From: Pseudoxanthomonas sp.
GTDB taxonomy: Bacteria > Pseudomonadota > Gammaproteobacteria > Xanthomonadales > Xanthomonadaceae
Direction: 5' to 3'
Length of the DNA: 64,000 bases
Assembly: GCA_044235875.1 (NCBI GenBank)
Contig: JBIIHJ010000001.1
Coordinates: 3,707-67,706 of the forward strand
A model generated the notes under the pieces. That model did not search any database. It had not been told where the DNA came from and saw nothing but the letters and a program-made list of their open reading frames with translations. Below are positions 9,618-17,939 of this stretch, piece by piece (positions within the stretch are counted from its first letter, which is position 1; the number at the start of each line of letters is the position of its first letter). The translations under genes were made by a program, and so were the position numbers.

Positions 9618-10340
9618 ATGCCAGCGCTCTTCAGCAACAAGCACGTGGTGATCATCGGCGGAAGTTCGGGCATCGGCCTTGCCGTTGCACAGCAGTTGGT
9701 CAAGGCCGGGGCTCGCGTGGCCCTGGGTGGTCGCGATCTTGCACGGCTGCAGCACGCGCGCCAGCAGCTCGAAGGCCGCGCAACGATCGCGCAGGTGGAC
9801 CTGGAGGACAAGGCGTCCATCGCGCGTTTCTTCGAAGGCGTCGGTGCGTTCGACCATCTGTTCGCGCCTGGCGCGACCTATCGCTACGGCGACATCCAGG
9901 ACATCGACGACGAGGTCGCCGAAAGCCCGTTCCGTTCCAAGTTCTGGGGCCAGTACTACGCAGTCAGGCACGCGCTGCCTTACCTGGAGCAGGACGGCTC
10001 GATCGTACTCATGTCCGGTGCGGCCGGTGCTCGCCCGCTGGGCACCGCGTCGGCCTACGCGGCCTGCAACAGCGCCATCGAAGGCCTGGGCCGGGCGCTG
10101 GCGCTGGAGCTGGCACCGATCCGGGTCAACGTGGTGTCGCCGGGCACCATCGACAGCGCACTCTGGCAGCGCCGGCCGACCGAACTGCGCGAAGCGGCCT
10201 GTCGCGGCTATGCCGAAGCCACCGCGTTGGGCCGTGTCGGCCATGTCACCGAAGTCGCCGATGCGGTCATCTATCTGCTCGGCAACACCTACACCACCGG
10301 CAGCACGCTCTACCCGGACGGTGGCTACACCTTGCGCTGA
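9618..10340 (+). CDS. SDR family oxidoreductase (atypical YxxxN type)
   Basis: IGGSSGIG, SKFWGQY, YAACN, LALELAPIRVNVVSPG, YTTGSTLYPDGG. Confidence 0.9.
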   Translation: MPALFSNKHVVIIGGSSGIGLAVAQQLVKAGARVALGGRDLARLQHARQQLEGRATIAQVDLEDKASIARFFEGVGAFDHLFAPGATYRYGDIQDIDDEVAESPFRSKFWGQYYAVRHALPYLEQDGSIVLMSGAAGARPLGTASAYAACNSAIEGLGRALALELAPIRVNVVSPGTIDSALWQRRPTELREAACRGYAEATALGRVGHVTEVADAVIYLLGNTYTTGSTLYPDGGYTLR

Positions 10341-10548
10341 GCGGGTTGAGTCTCGTTGCGTGACACCGAACGCTGCGGCCCGGGATCGCGCCAGCCCGAG
10401 AGGGCACAGTGGGAATCACCTCGCGGCCACTGCCTGGTGCCTGATCGGGCGCGGCAAGTGGTGGCGACCCTCCTGTGCGGGCTGCACAGTCGGTCCTCGA
10501 CGCTGGACCTGCAGCAGCAACAAGGCGACCATATGCGGCATCGACGCC

Positions 10549-11028
10549 ATGACCATCAAACAGTTCCGCCACGCCCTGTCACGCTTGGGAGCGGCCGTGA
10601 ATATCATCACCACGGACGGTCCAGGCGGCCGACATGGCATGACGGCCTCGGCCGTCTGCAGCGTCACCGACAGCCCGCCAACGGTGCTGGTCTGCATGAA
10701 TCGTCGCTCGGGCTCGCATCTGCGCTTTCGTGAAAACGGCAATCTGTGCGTGAACGTGCTGGCCGGCCACCACCAGGCGCTGTCCGCGCGGTTCGCCACG
10801 CCGGTCGATGCGTCAAGCCGGTTCGATCATGGCATCTGGTCCACGTTGGTGACGGGTGCGCCGGTCCTGACCGATGCCAGCGCCGCACTGGACTGCCGGA
10901 TCGGCGAAATCAGCGACGTCGGCACCCACAGCGTGTTCTTCTGCGAAGTAGTCGGGGTTTCGACGTCGGCCCAGCCCGCTGGCCTGGTCTGGTTCGACCG
11001 CGCCTATCACACGCTTGGCTCCAACTAG
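10549..11028 (+). CDS. Flavin reductase (RutF/HpaC/DszD-like)
   Basis: FRHALSRLGAAVNIITTDGPGGRHGMTASAVCSVTDSPPTVLVC, GTHSVFFCEV, LVWFDRAYH. Confidence 0.9.
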   Translation: MTIKQFRHALSRLGAAVNIITTDGPGGRHGMTASAVCSVTDSPPTVLVCMNRRSGSHLRFRENGNLCVNVLAGHHQALSARFATPVDASSRFDHGIWSTLVTGAPVLTDASAALDCRIGEISDVGTHSVFFCEVVGVSTSAQPAGLVWFDRAYHTLGSN

Positions 11029-11162
11029 GCGTTCATTGTTCCCAGCGCACGCGTGATTGCGTGCCATAGCGTCTTCGTCTGTGGGTCAAACAGGCGCCCT
11101 CTGTCGGACTTGGCGCCTGCAGCGGAAGCATCCCCCGGATGTTGCCGCGCGTTGGGCGTGGA

Positions 11163-13562
11163 TCACAACTCAGCATTGGACATCGACGGTGGGGCAGCCC
11201 CGGGCGCGGCGCCCCAGGCCTTGTTCGGCTCGGGTCCCATGACGAACTCGAACTTACCGCCGCCCGCGATGTCGCCGTGGGCGAACCAGGGCTTGGTCCA
11301 GGGCTTGCCGTTGAGCGTGGCGGACTGGATGTAGCGGTTGGTGGTCGTGTTGTTGCGAGCGATCAGCTCCAGGGTCTTGCCGTTGCCCAGGCGCAGCCTG
11401 ACCGCATCGAAGATCGGGCTACCGATGATGTACACCGGGCTGGACGGATCGACCGGATAAAACCCCAGCGCGCTGAGCACGTACCACGACGAGGTCGCGC
11501 CCTGGTCGTCCATGCCGGCATAGCCGTAGCCGCTGGCATCGCTGCCGTACATGTCGGTCAGGATGCGGCGCACCAGCGCCTGGGTCTTCCACGGCTGGCC
11601 GCTCCAGGCGTAGAGATACGGCGCTTGCTGGTCGGGCTGGTTGCCATGCACGTACTGGCCGACCATGCCGGTGCAGTCGCGGCAGATGCCCTTGGGCGCG
11701 TAAGGCGTGCTGAAGAAAGCATCGAGCTTGGCATTGAAGGCCTCGCGCCCGCCGAGCAGGCCGATCAGGCCATGCACGTCGTGCGGCACCAGCCATAGCG
11801 TGGACCAGCCCGAGGCTTCCTTCATCATGAAGTTGTAGTACGGCTCGGCCGGATCGAAGGGCCAGATCCACTGGCCGTCGGCGGTCCTGCCACGCACGAA
11901 GCCGACCGACGGATCGAACACGTTGCGATAGTTGGCCGCCCGCTTGAGGAAGCGCTGGGCGTCGTCCTGCTTGCCCAGGCGCCTGGCCACGTCGGCCAGC
12001 GCGTGGTCGTCCCAGGCGTATTCCAGCGTGGTGGCCGCGCCGGCCTTGCCGCCGGCGTAGGGCGGGCTGGGATTGCCTTCGGGCACGATGTCGGCGATCC
12101 AGCCCTGCGCGTCGTACTCGGTCAGGTCATCGCGCGGCCCCTTGGGATCGATGGCGTTCTTGCGCATGAACGCGTAGGCGGCAGCGTAGTCGAACGGGAT
12201 GCCGCGCTGCCAGGCGCCATCGAACAGCAGCACCGCGTGGTCGCCATGGAACGAGGTGTTCATGTAGCCGCGCTCGCGCGCCATCTCCAGTTCCGAACGC
12301 ATCACCTCCTGCACCACGTCCGGCTCCAGCAGCATCATCAGGACGATCTGGTTGCGCCCGGTATCCCAGAACGGCACCGGGCCGTAACGGTCATGCGTGG
12401 CCACCTGGACCTTGCCGGCGGCATCGGTGAAGCGCTCGCCCTTGCGCGCCAACAGGCGCGGACTGGCAAAGGACTGGAACAAAGTGGAATGGAACATCAT
12501 CCGCTGCTGCGGCGTGCCACCCTGGACCTGCACGCGGTCGAACAACCTGGACCATGCCGCACGTGCCTGCGTGTGGACGCGTTCGAAATCCCAGCCGGGG
12601 TTTTCCTCGCGCAGGCGCTGCTCGGCCTCGGCATAACTGTGGCCGTGGGCCAGCTTGACCAGCACCTGTTCGTTGGCGGTGGTGTTGTAGGTGACATAGG
12701 CGCCGGCGTAGTTGCCCTTGGCGGCGCGCTGGTCGGGCTGCACTTGCTTGTCGCCGATGTCCCAGCCCTGACGCGCCGGATCGGCATGGAAGCTGCCGAA
12801 CTTGGCGAAGGGTTTGGAGAATTCGGCGACGAAGTATTTGCCTTCCTGCCGGCCCTTGTCGCCGCCCCGTGCCGAGAGGCCACGCAGGGTGCGGTCGCCG
12901 ACCACTTCCACCTCGCCGCCCTCGCGACGCAGGTTGAGGATCACGTTCGAGCGCTGGCTCTGCGGGAAGGTGAAACGCATCAGGCTGGTCCGGCCGGTGG
13001 CGGTCAGTTCCACCTGGGTGCGGAAGGTGTCCAGATACACCGCGTAGTAACCGGGCGAGGCCTTCTCGCGCTGCTTGTCGTAATAGGCCGCGGCGTAGGC
13101 TGGCGGCACTGTCCAGTCGCCGACCACCGGCATGATCATCGGCTCGGCATTGCCGCCGTACGAGGGCCCGCCGCCGCCGGTGAAGGCGAACATGGTCGGG
13201 TTGGGATAGTGGTACGGCGCGGGCACGCCGGTGGGATAGCTCAGGTCCAGGTTGACGTTGACCGGCGCGGCCTCGGTCGCGCTGTGCGGCAGGCGTGCGC
13301 CAGGGGAGGTGATGCCCGAATACAGTGGCTCGCCGGCCGGTGGCGCGTTGCCGATCAGGTCCAGCCGGTCCAGGGGCGCGGTGCCGACCAGCGGATTGGC
13401 TTGGTCGACGCCTTGTTGCACAGGCGACTCACCGGCGTGGGTCTGCGCGTGCGGCGCGTTGGTGATCGCGAGCAGCGACAGCGCCGTGACCAGGGCGATG
13501 GAGGTGGGCAAGCGGCGGCGCGCAGCGGCGTTCAGCGGATGACGCCTCGTGCGCCTGATCAT
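11163..13562 (-). CDS. GH92 alpha-mannosidase (divergent), exported
   Basis: ANPLVGT, EKASPGYY.V.L, WDT, TLEYAWDD, GQYVHGNQP, GMDDQGATSSWY, YIQSATLNG; Arg-rich signal peptide. Confidence 0.9.
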   Translation of the reverse strand: MIRRTRRHPLNAAARRRLPTSIALVTALSLLAITNAPHAQTHAGESPVQQGVDQANPLVGTAPLDRLDLIGNAPPAGEPLYSGITSPGARLPHSATEAAPVNVNLDLSYPTGVPAPYHYPNPTMFAFTGGGGPSYGGNAEPMIMPVVGDWTVPPAYAAAYYDKQREKASPGYYAVYLDTFRTQVELTATGRTSLMRFTFPQSQRSNVILNLRREGGEVEVVGDRTLRGLSARGGDKGRQEGKYFVAEFSKPFAKFGSFHADPARQGWDIGDKQVQPDQRAAKGNYAGAYVTYNTTANEQVLVKLAHGHSYAEAEQRLREENPGWDFERVHTQARAAWSRLFDRVQVQGGTPQQRMMFHSTLFQSFASPRLLARKGERFTDAAGKVQVATHDRYGPVPFWDTGRNQIVLMMLLEPDVVQEVMRSELEMARERGYMNTSFHGDHAVLLFDGAWQRGIPFDYAAAYAFMRKNAIDPKGPRDDLTEYDAQGWIADIVPEGNPSPPYAGGKAGAATTLEYAWDDHALADVARRLGKQDDAQRFLKRAANYRNVFDPSVGFVRGRTADGQWIWPFDPAEPYYNFMMKEASGWSTLWLVPHDVHGLIGLLGGREAFNAKLDAFFSTPYAPKGICRDCTGMVGQYVHGNQPDQQAPYLYAWSGQPWKTQALVRRILTDMYGSDASGYGYAGMDDQGATSSWYVLSALGFYPVDPSSPVYIIGSPIFDAVRLRLGNGKTLELIARNNTTTNRYIQSATLNGKPWTKPWFAHGDIAGGGKFEFVMGPEPNKAWGAAPGAAPPSMSNAEL

Positions 13563-13733
13563 GCATCTCTCCTGGTGTGGGAGCGTGCTCCCGGTCGGCG
13601 ATCTCATCGGCCTTGCTCGATCGTGCCCTGGACACAACGCCCCCAGGGGCGCGTGTCCATGACGCATGGACGCGCAATGCATCCATCGGATTCAAGGCAG
13701 CGCCAAGTCGGTGGCGCTGCTGCCGCGATGTGA

Positions 13734-16244
13734 CTATCTGGCAGGGCAGGCGGCCGCCGGCACATCGTCCGGATGGGTGCCCCAGCCCTGCGGATTCGAC
13801 TCGGCAGCCAGGGCGAAATCCAGGGTGCCGCCCTGCTGCAGGGCATCGACGTCCAGCCACACGGCGGTCTGCGCCTTGCCGTTGAAACGCGCGCTCTGCA
13901 CGTAGCGCGGCGTGCCGTCGGCGGCCGGGTTGGCCTTGATCACCAGGGTGCGGCCCTTGTCCAGCGTGATCGTGGTCTTGGCAAAACGCGGCGGATGCAG
14001 CAGCAGCGTGCCGGTGCCGGGCATCAGCGGCGAGATGCCCAGTGCACTGAACAGATAGAACGCCGACATCGTGCCCAGGTCGTCGTTGCCGGTCACACCA
14101 TTGGGCGCGTTGGTGAACAAGGTCTGCACCGCGGACAGCACGGTCGCGGTCTTCCACGGCTGCCCGATCAGGCTGTACAGCGCCGGCACGTGCATGGTCG
14201 GCTCGTTGTTGGGGTTGTAGCGGTACTGGCCGTAGTACGAGTACGGCCCGCCCACCCAGGCCTTGCGCGCAGCGTTGCGCGGATCGGTCAGCAGCGTGTC
14301 GTAGGCGAAGAAATCATCCAGGCGCTTGGCCATCTGTTCGCGGCCACCCATCGCCTGGGCCAGGCCGTCGATGTCCTGCGGCACCAGCCACTGGTACTGC
14401 CAGGCCGTGCCTTCGTGGAAGCCGTAATGCGAACGCGGACTGTAGGTGCCGCCGGGCGGGACGAACCAGCCGCCGTCCTCCAGGCGCGGTCGTGGGAAGC
14501 CGCGATAGCCCGACTCGGCCTCGTGCAGGTCCGGATCCCACTCGTTGCGCCAGTTGCCCGAACGCTTCAGCAGTGCGGCAGCATCATCGCCATGGCCCAG
14601 CGCGCCAGCCATCAGCGACAGCGAACAATCGGCCAGCGCGTACTCCATCGTCGCCGACGCACCATTCTGCGGATCGATGTCCATGCCCTTGGCAGGGAAG
14701 GCGCGGTCGAAGAACACAAAGCCCTTGGCCAGATAGTTGACGTTGCCGGCGCGGCCCTGGTGCTGCGATGCCAACGGCGGCACGCCCCAGGCGTTCTTGC
14801 GCAACGCGGCCCAGGCCTGCGGTTCCTGGCCCTTCAATGCGCCGTAGCGCCACAGGTCCACCAGGAACGGCGTCACCGGATCGCCGGTCATGGTGTTGGC
14901 GTCGAAGTTGGCATAGCCCCAGCGCGGCAGCCAGCCGCCCTGCGCATCGATGGCCAACAACGTGCGCCCGATGTCGCGCGCGCGCTGCGGTTCGATCAGG
15001 GCCAGCAGCTGGTTCTGCGAGCGATAGGTGTCCCACAGCGAGAAGAACTCGTAGTAGGTCCAGTCCTTGGCGTCATGCAGCGCGTTGTCGTAACCGCGAT
15101 AGCGGCCATCGGCATCGTTGCCGGTGGTGGGCTGCAGCAGCGCGTGATACAGCGCGGTATAGAACACGGCGCGCTCGTCTCTGCTGCCGCCGTCCACGCG
15201 GATCTTGGACAGCGCCTGCTGCCACAGGGCGCGCGCATCCTTGCGCATGGCCTCGAAGCCACGCAGCTTGCCGCCCTGCATGCCCTCGGCCTTGAGATTG
15301 ATGCGGGCGCCTTCCTGGTCCACGTGCGAGATCGCGGTGATCGCGGTCACCGCCTTGCCCTTGGACAGATCGAAGCTGACCCAGGCGCCGTTGAGCGGGT
15401 CGTGCTCGCTTTCCATGCTGTAGCGCGCGTTCGGGGTGCCCCCCGCCTGGCCCCACACGCCGAACGCCTTGAACGGGCGGTCGTATTCGATGCGGAACCA
15501 GGTGGCGTACTGGCGGCCACCGCAGAAGCTCTGGGTGGTGATCTTGCCTTCCACGGCGCGATCGCCGACCACCCGGACCTGGCTGCCGATGACCCGGTGC
15601 TTTTCGTTGGCCTGGCCGACGTTGATCAGGACGTGGCCTTCGGCCGCCGACGCCGGATAGGTGTAGCGCTCGCCCGACGCGCGCGTCAGTGCGGTGGTTT
15701 CCACGGCGATGCCGCCGTAATCGGTGAGCTTGACCCGATAGTCGCCGGCCTGGCCGGTCGCGTCGGCCTGCGCGTAGCGCGCGCCGTACTTGCGCTGGTC
15801 GAAGCTCTCGACCTTGCCCGTATCGAAATCGCCGCCCGGCGCGATCGTGCCGGTCACCGGCAACACCGACACCTGGCCGCCCTGTTCCCAGCAGCCGGCG
15901 CCGGAAAGGAACGAGTGCCCGATGCCGCGGATGCGCTCGTCGCCATCGCGCCAGCCCGCGTAATGCGAGCCGATCGGGCTGACCTGGATCATGCCGAACG
16001 GTGCCGACGCACCGGGGAACGTGTTGCCCTCATCGCGCGTACCGATGAAGGTGTTGACCTGCGCGGGCAGGTCGTCGGCATCGGTGCCGCGCGCCCACGA
16101 TCCGCCCGCGGGCAGGGCCAGCAGCAGCGCCCACGCGATCAGTGCGCGACGACGTCGACGGGACCGATCGCATGGCGACGATGCGTGTGCCTGCCTGGTC
16201 GCGCCTGTGGCCAGGATCTGTCCTGCATAGGTATTGCCTTCCAT
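13734..16244 (-). CDS. GH92 alpha-mannosidase, exported
   Basis: VNTFIGT, GNTFPGASAPFGMIQVSP, SLWDTYR, FHEGTAWQY, YNPNNEP, GNDDLGTMSAFY. Confidence 0.93.
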   Translation of the reverse strand: MEGNTYAGQILATGATRQAHASSPCDRSRRRRRALIAWALLLALPAGGSWARGTDADDLPAQVNTFIGTRDEGNTFPGASAPFGMIQVSPIGSHYAGWRDGDERIRGIGHSFLSGAGCWEQGGQVSVLPVTGTIAPGGDFDTGKVESFDQRKYGARYAQADATGQAGDYRVKLTDYGGIAVETTALTRASGERYTYPASAAEGHVLINVGQANEKHRVIGSQVRVVGDRAVEGKITTQSFCGGRQYATWFRIEYDRPFKAFGVWGQAGGTPNARYSMESEHDPLNGAWVSFDLSKGKAVTAITAISHVDQEGARINLKAEGMQGGKLRGFEAMRKDARALWQQALSKIRVDGGSRDERAVFYTALYHALLQPTTGNDADGRYRGYDNALHDAKDWTYYEFFSLWDTYRSQNQLLALIEPQRARDIGRTLLAIDAQGGWLPRWGYANFDANTMTGDPVTPFLVDLWRYGALKGQEPQAWAALRKNAWGVPPLASQHQGRAGNVNYLAKGFVFFDRAFPAKGMDIDPQNGASATMEYALADCSLSLMAGALGHGDDAAALLKRSGNWRNEWDPDLHEAESGYRGFPRPRLEDGGWFVPPGGTYSPRSHYGFHEGTAWQYQWLVPQDIDGLAQAMGGREQMAKRLDDFFAYDTLLTDPRNAARKAWVGGPYSYYGQYRYNPNNEPTMHVPALYSLIGQPWKTATVLSAVQTLFTNAPNGVTGNDDLGTMSAFYLFSALGISPLMPGTGTLLLHPPRFAKTTITLDKGRTLVIKANPAADGTPRYVQSARFNGKAQTAVWLDVDALQQGGTLDFALAAESNPQGWGTHPDDVPAAACPAR

Positions 16245-16311
16245 CGTGCTCCCCTCCGGATGCGACGGTCCGCCGCCAGATGCGTGGACTCGATGCTGCG
16301 AACGCGGATTG

Positions 16312-16331
16312 GATTTAGAACGATCTAAATC
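16312..16331. promoter_or_regulatory. LacI-type operator O1 (GATTTAGAACGATCTAAATC)
   Basis: Near-perfect 20-bp palindrome with central CG, just downstream of a minus-strand TTGAAA -35 (16341-16336) for the GH92 operon; second copy at 17801. Confidence 0.8.
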
Positions 16332-16537
16332 GGGATTTCAAGCACATCCGGCCTTTTCGTAAGGATCAGGGTCCAGGCGTCGTGCAGACGCCTTGTCGCT
16401 GCGTGGATCGATGCCTGATCCGCCCCTCTACGATGTTGCGGATGCACATGGACGCTGCGCAACGGGCGTGATTGGCTCCCCACTAGACGTCTGCATCTCG
16501 CGGGCGCCCCTTGCGGGTCACCGGGGCATCAAGCAGC

Positions 16538-17626
16538 ATGAACACGCTGGATCGACCAGCTTCGAGCCCTGAAACCATGGCGGATACGCCTCGCAGAATC
16601 ACGCTGAACGACATCGCGCGCGCCTGCAACGTATCGCGCGCGACCGTCTCGCTGGTGCTGCGCAGCAGCCCGCTGGTCCATGCCGACACGCGCGAGCGCG
16701 TGGAGGCCGAGATGCGCAGGCAGGGTTACGTCTACAACCGGGCTGCGGCCAACCTGCGCCAGCGTGTCTCCACGGCCGTGGCGCTGGTGGTCAACGACGT
16801 CTCCAACCCTTACTTCGCCGAGTTCGCCGCCGGTGTGGACGAGGCGCTCGCGGCGCGCGGCTATGTCACCTTACTGGGCAACAGCAACGAGTCGGCCGAG
16901 CGCCAGCGGCAGGTGCTCGGCTCGCTGATGGAGCACAACCCGGCCGGCATCATCCTCTCGCCCGCCGAGGCCAGCGAGTTCTCCGATCTGGAGCGCGTGA
17001 TCGGCCCGCAGACGCCGCTGCTGGTGTTCAACCGCGAGCTGGCAGGCAAGGCATCGAAGAACTTCGCCTACGATTTCCTCGGCCTGGACAATCGCGCCGG
17101 CGCACGCGCCGCCACCGAGCTGCTGCTTGCCCATGGGCATCGCCAGATCGCGTTCTATGGTGGCCATGCACAGTCCAGCTCGTGTCGCGAGCGCCGTGCC
17201 GGCTATCAGGAAGCCATGGCCGCGGCGGGGCTCACGGTCCCCGCCGGCTGGATGATCGAAACCACGCCTTCACGCCTGGAAGGCAACGCCCGGGCCGCCG
17301 CGCTGTTTGCTGCGGGTGCCAGGCCGACCGCTGCGGTCTGCTACAACGATGCAGTCGCGCTGGGGCTGACCCTGGGCCTGCTGCGCGAGGGGCGCCAGCC
17401 GGGCGTGGACTTCGCGGTGACCGGTTTCGACGATATCCCCGAGGCCGCGGTCGGCATTCCGCCATTGACTACCATCAGCACCGATCCACGCGAACGCGGA
17501 CGCCAGGCTGCGCTGATGGTGCTCGAGCGCGCCGCATCGCCGGGCATGAGCCGGCGCAACGTCATCGTGCCCGCTCAGTTGACCCAGCGCGAGAGCACAC
17601 AGGGCAACGGCAAGGCCCCGCATTAG
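16538..17626 (+). CDS. LacI-family transcriptional regulator
   Basis: ITLNDIARACNVSRATVSLVL, YVYNRAAANL, NPYFAE, CYNDAVALG, VTGFDD, PPLTTI; start could be 16577. Confidence 0.95.
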   Translation: MNTLDRPASSPETMADTPRRITLNDIARACNVSRATVSLVLRSSPLVHADTRERVEAEMRRQGYVYNRAAANLRQRVSTAVALVVNDVSNPYFAEFAAGVDEALAARGYVTLLGNSNESAERQRQVLGSLMEHNPAGIILSPAEASEFSDLERVIGPQTPLLVFNRELAGKASKNFAYDFLGLDNRAGARAATELLLAHGHRQIAFYGGHAQSSSCRERRAGYQEAMAAAGLTVPAGWMIETTPSRLEGNARAAALFAAGARPTAAVCYNDAVALGLTLGLLREGRQPGVDFAVTGFDDIPEAAVGIPPLTTISTDPRERGRQAALMVLERAASPGMSRRNVIVPAQLTQRESTQGNGKAPH

Positions 17627-17708
17627 CGCAGTGCGTTGTGTCCGGCGTGCGGATGCGCCGCGCGCGGCATCGTGGTCCACGACCTCGCCCGGCCCAGCGC
17701 TGGCCGGC

Positions 17709-17724
17709 ATGACAGCGTTTTCAT
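17709..17724. promoter_or_regulatory. Second, different LacI-type operator (ATGACAGCGTTTTCAT)
   Basis: Imperfect palindrome with central CG upstream of the TonB-dependent receptor; sequence unlike O1/O2. Confidence 0.5.
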
Positions 17725-17800
17725 AAAGCGCCATTTCCGAAAGTTCGCTGCAGGGCAGCATGCGTTGATGACAGGGCCGTGATATTTCTACGCCGCGCCA

Positions 17801-17817
17801 CTTAGATCGATCCAAAC
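17801..17817. promoter_or_regulatory. LacI-type operator O2 (CTTAGATCGATCCAAAC)
   Basis: Matches O1 consensus TTAGATCGATCTAA; about 120 bp upstream of the receptor ATG. Confidence 0.75.
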
Positions 17818-17939
17818 CCGGGTTTTATGCGTCCCGCCGACATCCTGTGCCGGCGGCGCGCATGCAGGGGTTGGGAGTCCGAGCTGGTCCGCTCACAACT
17901 TCGCCGTGAAGTTCATTCAACTAGAGAGAGGAAGTTGCA

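Noticed and set aside
9679-11028. 449-aa ORF suggesting an N-terminally extended flavin reductase, and other extended starts in the track (2015, 8125, 28765, 38372, 60601, 62100)
   Set aside because: The extensions overlap neighbouring genes or promoters and lack motifs; downstream starts with RBS or signal peptides were chosen
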